Positions 1-9,116 of a DNA stretch of 64,000 nucleotides are shown here, piece by piece. The notes under the pieces are model-generated. The model was not told the origin of the DNA, searched no databases, and saw only the letters and a list, made by a program, of their open reading frames with translations. The stretch is taken from IMG/VR virus record IMGVR_UViG_2595698964_000001, positions 64,001 through 128,000 of that record; one strand, written 5' to 3'. The stretch is from a virus. Taxonomy: Duplodnaviria > Caudoviricetes. Position numbers and translations under genes: made by a program. How positions within the stretch are numbered: the stretch's first letter is position 1; each line of letters begins with the position of its first letter.

Positions 1-302
1 CTGATGCAACTTGGGAGGCTGTTGTTAAATCCTTTAATGGAGACGCTGACGTAAGTAAGACTATGGAAGCGGGTTACGCCACAACTCCTGAGACTCAGTC
101 AGACGGAGGTGCTTTACGTAGAGAAAGTGTTGAACAAGATATAAAAAGAATCGCAGCCAACCTAGACAATTTTAATTACTGGGAGAACGTCAAGAGGAAT
201 CTCGCTAACGGCGATACAGTTTCAAAATCCGAAATGGTTGTTTTCCTTCAGTTGAGCAAAGGATTGTCGAGAGGACAAGCCCTTGAAATTGTAAAAGACT
301 AA
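1..302 (+). CDS. prohead protease, C-terminal part (5' truncated)
   Basis: Frame is open from the window start (DATWEAVVKSFNG...), resembling the end of Herelleviridae prohead proteases; lies upstream of scaffold and MCP. Confidence 0.75.
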   Translation, partial: DATWEAVVKSFNGDADVSKTMEAGYATTPETQSDGGALRRESVEQDIKRIAANLDNFNYWENVKRNLANGDTVSKSEMVVFLQLSKGLSRGQALEIVKD

Positions 303-320
303 AACGCGGAGGTGCGATAG

Positions 321-983
321 ATGGAAAAGAATATTCTAGATGAGTTAGAAAACAAAGCTGACCAGATTCTAGCTAAGTCGGCGGAGGCTGCTAAAGCCGA
401 GGAAGAAGAAAAGAAAGCCAAGGAAACAAAAGAAGCTGAAGAAGCACAGACAAAAGACGAAAACTCTGAAGAGGTTGCTCCGAAAGGGGAAGAAACTTCA
501 GAAGAGAGCACAGAGGAAGTAAAGGAAGAAGCTGTTGCTAAGTCTGAAGAGTCATTTACAGTTCTTGCTGAAGCTATCCGTGAAGACATTGCTAAGTCTT
601 CTGCTAGCGCTAACAAAGGTTTCAATGTTCTTGCTAAGTCATTTATGTCCCTAATGGATACTAACGAGCAGCTGTCTAAATCTGTAAAAGCCCAAAGCGA
701 AAAAATTGAGGAACAAGAGTCCGTAATTAAGAGCCTTGAGACTCGACTGGAAAGCCTTGAGAAGCAACCAGTTGGACGTAAAGCTGTAGTTGAAGTTGTT
801 GAGAAGTCTTTCGAGACGGACAAGCCTAAAGCTGAAGAACAACTCACAAAAGGTGAGATTCTCGCTAAACTTAGCAACGCGGTTATGAATGGTAACAACG
901 CAGTTACAACTGCTGATGTTGTAAAATACGAATCCACAGGTGAGATGCGCGAAGAAGTTCGCCAAGCTATCCTGTCAAACTAA
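321..983 (+). CDS. capsid scaffold protein
   Basis: RBS GGAGGTG; acidic coiled coil between protease and MCP; seven hydrophobic-x-K-S motifs. Confidence 0.7.
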   Translation: MEKNILDELENKADQILAKSAEAAKAEEEEKKAKETKEAEEAQTKDENSEEVAPKGEETSEESTEEVKEEAVAKSEESFTVLAEAIREDIAKSSASANKGFNVLAKSFMSLMDTNEQLSKSVKAQSEKIEEQESVIKSLETRLESLEKQPVGRKAVVEVVEKSFETDKPKAEEQLTKGEILAKLSNAVMNGNNAVTTADVVKYESTGEMREEVRQAILSN

Positions 984-999
984 ACGGAGGTGTCCATAA

Positions 1000-2412
1000 A
1001 TGAACGAATTAAACTTTGATATGCAAGGCGCTGGTTTTGGTATTGGTAGCCAAGAATCAGTCACTAACTTAAACAAAGCATTAGAAGCAGGATACGGTAC
1101 TTCACCTGATACACAATCTGGCGGTGGAGCGTTCCGCGTAGAATCTCTAGAGTCTTCTTTAAAGGTTCTGACCTACACTGACCAACAAATTAAATTTTGG
1201 AAGCGTATTCCTAAGCTTACTGCGACAAACACTGTTGAAGAATACAACCAGTTACTAAGCTACGGCGCTGACGGTGGCGGCTTCCTTCCAGAAGGTCAAA
1301 CGCCTGATACTGAAGATTCTCAATACCAACGTCAATCTGCGTTCGTTAAGTTCTTAGGTATCACTCGTGAAGTAACTCACCAAATGACGCTAGTTAACTC
1401 TGCTCATGGTGATGTTATTGCTCGTTCTAACCAAGATGGTATTATGAGCATACTTAAGAAACTTGAACATGGTCTTTTCTGGGGTAACTCTAAACTTGGT
1501 GCTGGTGGTACTGAGTACGTTGAGTTTGATGGTCTTGACAGTCAGATTTCTGAAGAGAACACTATCAACCTTAAAGGTAATCCGTTAGAGCCTGAGCACT
1601 TAAACTTTGGGTCTAATATGATCATTGATAACTATGGTACTCCTACAGATTTATTTGTACCATACGCGGTTCAAGCGCATTTTGCTAACTCTTACATCCC
1701 TAAAGAGCGTCAATTTATGCCAACTGCGCAAAGCAACACAGCTGGTACAGTAATCGACACTTACAACACTATTGGTGGACCAGTTAACTTTACACCAGAT
1801 GTGTTCTTACGTCAGACTAAGCCATTATCAGTGCTCCAGCCACATGCGAAAGCTCCGGCTCAACCAGCTAGCGTAACTGCTGAAGACCTTGCTGCGGCTA
1901 CAACTGATGGTGAATTCTATAACTCTGGTGCAGGCGTATACAAATACTTTGTAACAGCTTCTAACCGTCATGGTGAGTCTGCTGCTACTGAGATTGATGC
2001 TCCTGTAACTCTTACTGCTGATGATTTACAAAAAGCAGTCACTATCAAGATCAAAAATGCAGGTTCTTCTATGTTCCCGGTAGACTATTACACTGTGTAC
2101 CGCACAGAAGCTGGTGGAAACATGGCGTACCAAATTGCTCGTATCCCTGTTAGCTCTGCTGCTGGTGGATCTGAAACGTTGTTTAAAGATCGTAACTTGA
2201 CTATGCCTAACACTTACACAGCGTTCATGGGTGAAATGTCTGAACAAGTTCTTGCGTTCAAACAGCTCGCTCCATTAACAAAAATGGATCTAGCGACTGT
2301 TGGACCATCTTACCGTTGGATGATTCTTCTTTATGGAACTCCAATCTTGTACGCTCCTAAGAAATGGGTGCGCTTCAAGAACATCAAAGCTGAGATTGGT
2401 CAGTTCTCGTAA
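1000..2412 (+). CDS. major capsid protein
   Basis: 470 aa with KALEAGYGTSPDTQSGGGAFRVESL, EFDGL and PKKWVRFKN motifs typical of SPO1/K/A511-like capsids; RBS GGAGGTG. Confidence 0.95.
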   Translation: MNELNFDMQGAGFGIGSQESVTNLNKALEAGYGTSPDTQSGGGAFRVESLESSLKVLTYTDQQIKFWKRIPKLTATNTVEEYNQLLSYGADGGGFLPEGQTPDTEDSQYQRQSAFVKFLGITREVTHQMTLVNSAHGDVIARSNQDGIMSILKKLEHGLFWGNSKLGAGGTEYVEFDGLDSQISEENTINLKGNPLEPEHLNFGSNMIIDNYGTPTDLFVPYAVQAHFANSYIPKERQFMPTAQSNTAGTVIDTYNTIGGPVNFTPDVFLRQTKPLSVLQPHAKAPAQPASVTAEDLAAATTDGEFYNSGAGVYKYFVTASNRHGESAATEIDAPVTLTADDLQKAVTIKIKNAGSSMFPVDYYTVYRTEAGGNMAYQIARIPVSSAAGGSETLFKDRNLTMPNTYTAFMGEMSEQVLAFKQLAPLTKMDLATVGPSYRWMILLYGTPILYAPKKWVRFKNIKAEIGQFS

Positions 2413-2432
2413 GAACAACGAAGCCTACTGCA

Positions 2433-2466
2433 AAGCCCTTCCTCTTAAAAAGAGGTTGGGCTTTTT
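2433..2466 (+). terminator. intrinsic terminator after MCP
   Basis: AAGCCC-TT-CCTCTT/AAGAGG-TT-GGGCTT stem followed by T-run. Confidence 0.8.
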
Positions 2467-2514
2467 ATTATATTCTTGTTTATGTATTCCACTAATTTCA
2501 AGGAGGAGTTATAA

Positions 2515-2808
2515 ATGAATAAACTAACACATGTTTCACTACGAAACACAGAATTGGTGACTAGCTTCGGACGTGTTGCTGTTGACGATAAAGGTGTTGT
2601 AGATTCTTCAAACCTATCTAAGGACGCGTTGGAGAAGCTAGGAGCGTTGGAAGGATTCTCTTTGAGCGGTAAGTCTAAAGGCGACGAAAAACCAGAAGAG
2701 AAGGAAAATAAACAGCAAGAAACTGAAGAACAAGAAGAAGTTAAGTCTGATGAAGAAGTAGAACAGAAGAAGGATAAGAAGAACAAGAAAAACAAAAAGA
2801 AAGACTAA
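2515..2808 (+). CDS. hypothetical virion protein with charged, Lys-rich tail
   Basis: RBS AAGGAGGAG; position directly after MCP. Confidence 0.7.
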   Translation: MNKLTHVSLRNTELVTSFGRVAVDDKGVVDSSNLSKDALEKLGALEGFSLSGKSKGDEKPEEKENKQQETEEQEEVKSDEEVEQKKDKKNKKNKKKD

Positions 2809-2821
2809 GGGGTTGATATGA

Positions 2822-3595
2822 ATGTCGTACTTCGATACTGATACTATTCGTAACCTCTACTTGTTCGGTATTGTTCTCAAAGATACAGAAGGTAAAGACT
2901 TCCCAGATGAGTTGCTTCAGACGTACTTAGACTCGGCTATTGCTTGGGCAGAGAAAAAGCTCGGAGTTGTAATACACCCAAGATCAGAAGAAGAAACTCA
3001 TGACTTCCATATTAGAGACTACCAAAACTGGGGCTATTTACAGCTTTACCGTAAGCCTGTAATCGAGGTTGAGTCGCTTACAATGTATTTTGGAGCGCAA
3101 CAGGTTATGACAATTCCTAAAGATTGGCTCAAGATTGACCCTATTTCAGGACAGGTTCAACTATTCCCAGCTTCAGGGTCAACCACTGGCGGGCCAATAT
3201 TGACTGCTAATGGAAGCTTGTTTCTACCTCTCACGCAGGGACGTCTAGATTTTGCACCTCAACTCTGGAAAGTTAAGTACAAAGCGGGTATGACATTACC
3301 AGAAAAAGGTGAGAATCAGATTTATAGAAAGCACGACTTACACCCGGACTTAAAAGAGATCATCTACAAGAAAGCTGCTAACTCAGTCTTAACAGTTTGG
3401 GGAGACTTAATCCTTGGCGCAGGTATTGCGAGTCAAGCGATTAGTATTGATGGAGCTTCTCAGTCTGTTAACACTACTCAATCAGCTATGTACGGCGCAG
3501 CGTCTGCTCGTATTCAACAATACGAAGCTGACATTGATAAGTTACTAGCTGGTTTACAGCGTTATTATGTCGGAATTAATGTGACGGTGGTTTAA
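2822..3595 (+). CDS. head-tail adaptor / neck protein
   Basis: GAGIASQAISIDG..QSVNTTQSAMYG motif typical of Herelleviridae adaptors; synteny. Confidence 0.75.
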   Translation: MSYFDTDTIRNLYLFGIVLKDTEGKDFPDELLQTYLDSAIAWAEKKLGVVIHPRSEEETHDFHIRDYQNWGYLQLYRKPVIEVESLTMYFGAQQVMTIPKDWLKIDPISGQVQLFPASGSTTGGPILTANGSLFLPLTQGRLDFAPQLWKVKYKAGMTLPEKGENQIYRKHDLHPDLKEIIYKKAANSVLTVWGDLILGAGIASQAISIDGASQSVNTTQSAMYGAASARIQQYEADIDKLLAGLQRYYVGINVTVV

Positions 3596-3596
3596 T

Positions 3597-4313
3597 ATGG
3601 CTGAACGTGATGAATTATACGCAATTAACCTTGGTCGTGTAGATTTCACCCCTGGTGACTTTGATAAGTTTGTTTACCAACATGGAGCGAAGGCATTATG
3701 GGAACGTTCAATGTTATGCTCTTGTATAAGTGAGAGTTCAGGACAACCTGATTTTACTTGTCCGAACTGTGATGGGAAAGGGTTCTCTTACGATGAAGGT
3801 AAGGTAATTAAGGCTCTTATTAGTAACGCTGACGGGCAGAAGGACTCTGTGCCTGTTGGATTGTTGGATGTTGGTACGACGCTAGCTACTATCTCGTCAG
3901 AGTTTAGAGTTGGTTTTAGAGACCGCCTTCTGTTCCCTGACATGAGAACAGTTTACTCCCAAGTATTGACTTATAAAGGCAACCCGGCAGGAGAACGTCT
4001 AAAGTACTATTGTGCGGAGATGCAGCAGGTCAGGGTTCTTGATACCAAGATACCTGAAGATAAGTATGAGGTTAATGGTTCGAGGATAATTTTCAAAGAG
4101 GATGCGGGAATACAAGTTGGCGAAAGGTTTTCAGTCCTTATGTACACCATACCTTCATACGTTGTCATTGATATACCTCACGAGTTGCGAGGGACATTTG
4201 TAAAAATGGGACGTGTAACTGACACTTGGGAAGAGTTACCTAAACAGTACATGATAAAACGCGAGGATTTACTACCTACGACTAGAGGAGGGAGCTTACT
4301 TGAGACAGATTAG
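3597..4313 (+). CDS. head closure / neck protein with zinc motif
   Basis: WERSMLCSC...CPNCDGKG; synteny. Confidence 0.7.
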   Translation: MAERDELYAINLGRVDFTPGDFDKFVYQHGAKALWERSMLCSCISESSGQPDFTCPNCDGKGFSYDEGKVIKALISNADGQKDSVPVGLLDVGTTLATISSEFRVGFRDRLLFPDMRTVYSQVLTYKGNPAGERLKYYCAEMQQVRVLDTKIPEDKYEVNGSRIIFKEDAGIQVGERFSVLMYTIPSYVVIDIPHELRGTFVKMGRVTDTWEELPKQYMIKREDLLPTTRGGSLLETD

Positions 4314-5031
4314 TATTGAGATTCCTCAAGGGTTTTCGGACGTACTCAACAGTCAAATTCGTTCCTCTGCGACGGCTTCAATCTCGTCAACACTTATGGC
4401 GACCAAGTCTCATTGGGAACAACTTGTACAACAAAGGCTGAAAACTTCTAGAGCTGATTACTTACTAGGACTCAATGCTGATAACTCTCTCACCTTTCCG
4501 GATGAGTTTACTGGCGTGTTGACCCTTCGAGGACAATGGGCTAACATGCTTGAGGAAGGATTCCCGGCTTTTGATATGAAGTCGGGTTTTTCTCACGCTC
4601 GTAACGTTAAGCAGAAGAAGGACGGAGGATGGTACATGACTGTGCCATTTAGACACAGAACTCCTAACACTGCGGGGTCAGCTGTCGGAGGACGCGCTAT
4701 GCCTGATGACATTTATAGTCACGCGAGGGCTATGAGAGGACAGTCACCAAGATTAGCAGGGACTGAAGATAAGTACCCTGCAGGTAAGTCTTGGACTGGG
4801 TATCAACATAAAAACGGTATCTATGAAGGCTTGACAAAGAACCGTAAGAAATACGAACGCGCAGTTCAAAACTCTTATTACACTTTCCGACGAGTTAGTG
4901 ACAAATCAGATCCATCCTCTTGGAAGCATCCGGGATTCAAGGGAGTTAAAGCATTCCAAGAAGTAGAAAGCTTTGCTCAACAGACGTTTACGCAGGTCTT
5001 TAACACTTACATTAAAAACACTATGGGGTGA
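4300..5031 (+). CDS. neck / tail completion protein
   Basis: GGWYMTVPFR and FRRVSDKSDPSSWKHPG motifs; synteny. Confidence 0.65.
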   Translation: MRQISIEIPQGFSDVLNSQIRSSATASISSTLMATKSHWEQLVQQRLKTSRADYLLGLNADNSLTFPDEFTGVLTLRGQWANMLEEGFPAFDMKSGFSHARNVKQKKDGGWYMTVPFRHRTPNTAGSAVGGRAMPDDIYSHARAMRGQSPRLAGTEDKYPAGKSWTGYQHKNGIYEGLTKNRKKYERAVQNSYYTFRRVSDKSDPSSWKHPGFKGVKAFQEVESFAQQTFTQVFNTYIKNTMG

Positions 5032-5035
5032 TTAC

Positions 5036-5869
5036 ATGATTCAGATTCCTGAGATCACTGTTAAAAGGATTATAGAGAAAGGATTACAACAGCTACAAAG
5101 TAATCCAGACGCTTTTGATAAGATGTTTGCAACAGCCGACCTGACTACGCGAAGTAGAATCAAAAGTCTGTTTGCTAAGAGCATACCTAACGTAGTTCTG
5201 GGTTACCCACTCGAGCAAAGTTCAGTCCCTACGTATGTCATAACGTTAGGTCAAGACCTAGAAGAAGAACACAGTATTGGGAACCAGCTAGGAGAGGACG
5301 AGGTTGACTTTCTAATAGCTTCTGAACCCCAACCTGACCTAGTAAGAGTGTACAGAGATAGAGAGACAGGAAACTACCACGTGAAAACAACAATACGCCC
5401 TATCGAGTCTGTTGAGAGTATCTACGTTACAGCAGAGGATGAAACTCACTTTTCTGGATTTGTTGTAGTAGACGAGGTGAGAGGGGTAATTGATGTAACA
5501 GCTCTAAACGTTTCTATTTACGACACCCTTGAAGTTGCCGTAAAGCCTAAGACAGGCGGGTTTGAGTCTTTTGGGTCTATGTTTACTACAACGCTAAATG
5601 TAGAGACTTGGACAACTAATGGGGATTTAACAATATGTATGTACACAATACTTAAATACATCCTTCTAGCTGCCAAAGACGAGATGTACAAGCAAGGGTT
5701 TATTGACGTCAAACTTGCGGGCGGCGACCTTCAATTCAATCCGGAGTATAGTCCGGAGCGTGTTTACTCAAGAATGACTACAATTACTTTCAAATTGGAA
5801 AGCTCAATAGATAATGAATATGGGTTCTTAACAGAGATTTTTGTTAATGGAACATTAGAGGAGGATTGA
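5036..5869 (+). CDS. tail terminator-like protein
   Basis: Start moved to ATG 5036 (RBS GGGGTGA); lies just before the sheath gene. Confidence 0.6.
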   Translation: MIQIPEITVKRIIEKGLQQLQSNPDAFDKMFATADLTTRSRIKSLFAKSIPNVVLGYPLEQSSVPTYVITLGQDLEEEHSIGNQLGEDEVDFLIASEPQPDLVRVYRDRETGNYHVKTTIRPIESVESIYVTAEDETHFSGFVVVDEVRGVIDVTALNVSIYDTLEVAVKPKTGGFESFGSMFTTTLNVETWTTNGDLTICMYTILKYILLAAKDEMYKQGFIDVKLAGGDLQFNPEYSPERVYSRMTTITFKLESSIDNEYGFLTEIFVNGTLEED

Positions 5870-5871
5870 TC

Positions 5872-6078
5872 ATGGCTGATAAAAGGAAGAAGCAAACAAA
5901 ATCTGAAACAGAAAACACCAATATTTCTTATGTTCATGTTGATGACTTCTTGCGTCGAAAAGAACTTTCTCCTGAGATGAAAAGAGGGTTCAAAATTTTC
6001 GTTCGTGGTAGATCATACCAGTTGTCAATGGAAGCTTTTGAAAAAGAACTTGAAAAATTCCTTAACCGGAAAATTTAG
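5872..6078 (+). CDS. small hypothetical protein preceding sheath
   Basis: RBS GAGGAGG; about 68 aa. Confidence 0.6.
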   Translation: MADKRKKQTKSETENTNISYVHVDDFLRRKELSPEMKRGFKIFVRGRSYQLSMEAFEKELEKFLNRKI

Positions 6079-6092
6079 AAAGGGTGATATAA

Positions 6093-7802
6093 ATGGCTAG
6101 AAACATTGGGGTTAACTTTGATGGTAAACACATTATCCACCCAGGAGCCCACTCTAAGGTAAACGCTGACGGGCTTAACGCGTTAGGACAAGCTGGAGCG
6201 ACCCATATTGCCTTGATTGGTACTTCTGACGGCGGAGAGCCGGGAGTTGTACACTGGTTTGATAACCCGTCCGATGCTAAGGAAGTATTACGAGGTGGAG
6301 ACTTGTATAAAGCTGGAGAACTAGCTTGGACACCTTCCGGTGATGGTACGGGTGCAGGTAGTATTGCTTTCTTACGTGTTGGTGATGCTAAAAAGTCTAG
6401 CTTGAAGAAAGATGGTATGTTGATTGAATCTCTAGATTGGGGAGCACATACTAACAAAATTCAAGTAAAACTAGAAGATGGTGCAGTTGCGAACTCCAAG
6501 CAGATCACTTTCTATTACTGGCCTGATAACATTACTGAAACCTATGACAACATTGGTCCAATTTTTAATGTTAAGTACGATGGCGCAGCTGAAACTGCGA
6601 CTCTTAACGTAATTGGAGACGACGCCGGAAAGGCTAAACAACTCATCATTTCTATTGATGGTTCGGATGTTATGGTTTACCAACTAGGCGATGGTGAATA
6701 CGCAGACATCAACAAAATTGTCTATGACATTAACGAACACGCAGACTTTGAAGCTTCAATGGTAACTGTTGGTAACAAGAACTTAGTATCTGACCAGCTT
6801 GACGTTGTCGCTAACGTTGATATCAAAGGTAAGCAACATACTGTTACAGCTTTGAAAGGTGACTTGATCTATCAAACAAGGTACTCAACGCTATGCTCAA
6901 TTAAGTTTGATGCAAACGGAGTTGTACCTGAAAACTTTGATTTCACTTACATGACAGGAGGATCTGACGGACAAGTCCCTGCTTCTTGGACTAAAGAGAT
7001 TAATAAGTTTTATGGTGAAGGCGTAAAGATCATTGTTCCTCTCACAGGAGATGAAGCGATCCACGCAGAGGTAGCTAGATTCGTAAACAACCAGTCTCAA
7101 GAAGAGGGCTCTAAAATGATTGGTGTTTATGGCGGACGATTGAACGAAACGATTGACGACGTTATTGGTCGCGCCTTAACATTCAATAGTTCTCGCGCAG
7201 TCGTTTGTACACCGGGAATTACTCGACCTATTAATGGTTCGACTGAGAAAGAAACATTACCGCCTTACTTTACAGCTGCACAAGTTGCTGGAAGAATTGC
7301 TGGAAAAGAAACAGGCGAGCCAATTACTCTTGATTACCTAAGTCTAGTCGGTTTAGAACGTGTTTACACTTCAACTGAGATTGACCGTTTGATTGCAGCC
7401 GGTGTAACAGTTGTTGAGTTTGTACGACACGCTAACAAGAAAGGCTACAGAATTGCTCAAGGTGTTACAACTTACCAAGCTGACTCTAACCCTTCATACC
7501 GCGAGATTTCTATGAGACTAGTAACAGACGAACTGTCTGAGGAACTTGTAGCTAATCTTGAGGACTCTTTTGCTGGCGGTAAAGGGACGAGAACAACACT
7601 CGCACTTATCAAGAATGAGGTTCAGTCGTTCCTAGACCAGAAGAAACGGGATGAGGTAATTGTAGACTACGACGCCGAGAGTGTGCAAGTAACACTTGAT
7701 GGTGACAAGGTTTATGTCGGTTACAGCGTAATCCCAGTTGGAGCCATCAACTATATCTTGATCACCACTAAATATTATCAAGAACAGCTTATCGCTGAAT
7801 AA
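6093..7802 (+). CDS. contractile tail sheath protein
   Basis: 569 aa; HPGA N-terminus, LRGGDL, GGSDG, RIAQGVTT and EIS motifs. Confidence 0.95.
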   Translation: MARNIGVNFDGKHIIHPGAHSKVNADGLNALGQAGATHIALIGTSDGGEPGVVHWFDNPSDAKEVLRGGDLYKAGELAWTPSGDGTGAGSIAFLRVGDAKKSSLKKDGMLIESLDWGAHTNKIQVKLEDGAVANSKQITFYYWPDNITETYDNIGPIFNVKYDGAAETATLNVIGDDAGKAKQLIISIDGSDVMVYQLGDGEYADINKIVYDINEHADFEASMVTVGNKNLVSDQLDVVANVDIKGKQHTVTALKGDLIYQTRYSTLCSIKFDANGVVPENFDFTYMTGGSDGQVPASWTKEINKFYGEGVKIIVPLTGDEAIHAEVARFVNNQSQEEGSKMIGVYGGRLNETIDDVIGRALTFNSSRAVVCTPGITRPINGSTEKETLPPYFTAAQVAGRIAGKETGEPITLDYLSLVGLERVYTSTEIDRLIAAGVTVVEFVRHANKKGYRIAQGVTTYQADSNPSYREISMRLVTDELSEELVANLEDSFAGGKGTRTTLALIKNEVQSFLDQKKRDEVIVDYDAESVQVTLDGDKVYVGYSVIPVGAINYILITTKYYQEQLIAE

Positions 7803-7822
7803 TTACAAAGGAGGAGATATAG

Positions 7823-8248
7823 ATGGCAACTCAAGCTAAACAGACAGTTCATACTGGTGCTACGGTACTACTTATGATTAAAAACAAAGTTGTCGGGCGT
7901 GCACAAGGTCTCGATGGTCGTCGATCCTTTGGTACTGAAGGTGTTTACGAGATTGGTTCTATCATGCCTCAAGAACACGTTCAAAACCGTTACGAAGGTA
8001 GTTTCACCCTAGACCGTTTCTTTGTTAAGAAAAAATCCCTAGCTGATCTTGATTTAGCTCCGTTGGGCGAAGACGTTCTTAAACTAGACATCTTTGACGT
8101 TGTAATTGTAGACAAGGAAACAAACTCTATCCTACGTGCATACCGCGGTTGTACTGTATCCGAGTACAGCGAGACTTTCCGAGTCGGTCAGATTTCCGGG
8201 GAGAACGCTACATTCCAGTATTTAAAAGCGTCCGACTCTAAAAACTAA
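7823..8248 (+). CDS. tail tube protein
   Basis: QTVHTG...VGRAQG...FGTEGVYEIGSIMPQEH, typical of SPO1/K tube proteins. Confidence 0.92.
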   Translation: MATQAKQTVHTGATVLLMIKNKVVGRAQGLDGRRSFGTEGVYEIGSIMPQEHVQNRYEGSFTLDRFFVKKKSLADLDLAPLGEDVLKLDIFDVVIVDKETNSILRAYRGCTVSEYSETFRVGQISGENATFQYLKASDSKN

Positions 8249-8263
8249 ATTGTAAACGAATCT

Positions 8264-8292
8264 AAGACATGGGAGTTATTTCCATGTCTTTT
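8264..8292 (+). terminator. intrinsic terminator after tail tube
   Basis: AAGACATGG/CCATGTCTT stem followed by Ts. Confidence 0.8.
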
Positions 8293-8311
8293 AATTTTAG
8301 GAGGTAATATA

Positions 8312-8701
8312 ATGGATCAAAATAGATTAATCGGTAAAGGAATTTTAGCAGGTACTGGAAGACAACTTACAAAGGATTTGGACTTTACAGAATTCGACCC
8401 TAAATATACAGGACGCTTTATTTTTAAACATCCAACGGTTCTCGATCAGATGAACATAGACGTGTTGAAAACTCAAATGCTACAAGGATTTGAAACACCT
8501 TCTATCATCGCAGACAACATCGCACATATGTCATCGACTCTTACTGTAGTCTTAGTAGAAGCCCCGGAATGGTTCAAGATCAATGAGATTTACGACTATG
8601 AAATCCTAGATCGGGTTTATGAGGAGTACCTGCAATGGTACCGCACCTTTCGAAGAAAAGATAGACAAGGTAACACTCAAGGAGATAGCAAGACATCCTG
8701 A
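8312..8701 (+). CDS. tail assembly chaperone (G-like)
   Basis: Between tube and tape measure; PEWF motif; ends near the slippery site. Confidence 0.75.
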   Translation: MDQNRLIGKGILAGTGRQLTKDLDFTEFDPKYTGRFIFKHPTVLDQMNIDVLKTQMLQGFETPSIIADNIAHMSSTLTVVLVEAPEWFKINEIYDYEILDRVYEEYLQWYRTFRRKDRQGNTQGDSKTS

Positions 8702-9116
8702 CAACCTATTTGACTACTGGATTTGTAAGGAGTTTAAAGTACTCCCGTCAAGCCCGGACTTCCAAAACTTGACGCAGCTTCAAAAGGATATGCTTTATGA
8801 GCAATATCTCGCGTTCAACCCTGAGATTGCTAAACAACACGAAAGAAAAGCGGTACAACAGGATGAGGAATTTGATGAGATCTGGGAAGCAGAAGAGACA
8901 CCAGAAGTAATAGCCGACAACTCTGTTGTCGTTGAGTCTAGTTTTGATGACTTCGCGGAAGACGCGGGACTCGCAGAAGAGAATATTCCATACTCTGACG
9001 CTGCAAAGAACATTCTTGCGAGAATTGAGAAAAAGCTATCAGAGTCTGGGGAAAGAACTGAAACACAATTAAGCGTTGAAGACAACGACGATGATTGGGA
9101 GGAGGTTGATGACTAA
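8619..9116 (+). CDS. tail assembly chaperone extension (GT-like), probably reached by frameshift
   Basis: +1 frame relative to 8312 ORF; no good RBS for ATG 8619; F.VLP..PDF..LT motif; acidic tail. Confidence 0.7.
   Translation: MRSTCNGTAPFEEKIDKVTLKEIARHPDNLFDYWICKEFKVLPSSPDFQNLTQLQKDMLYEQYLAFNPEIAKQHERKAVQQDEEFDEIWEAEETPEVIADNSVVVESSFDDFAEDAGLAEENIPYSDAAKNILARIEKKLSESGERTETQLSVEDNDDDWEEVDD
8645..8653 (+). other. putative +1 ribosomal frameshift site ACC_TTT_CGA
   Basis: In-frame TTT-CGA inside the overlap of the two chaperone ORFs; the downstream ORF is in the +1 frame. Confidence 0.7.

Noticed and set aside
299-937. Long minus-strand Ser/Phe-rich ORFs (also 2445-2795, 47204-47629, 57203-57928)
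   Set aside because: Antisense shadows of Glu/Lys/Asp-rich plus-strand genes; low complexity and no evident RBS
2333-2518. Alternative-frame ORF across the MCP stop, as a possible frameshift extension
   Set aside because: No slippery site is visible and it runs through the terminator
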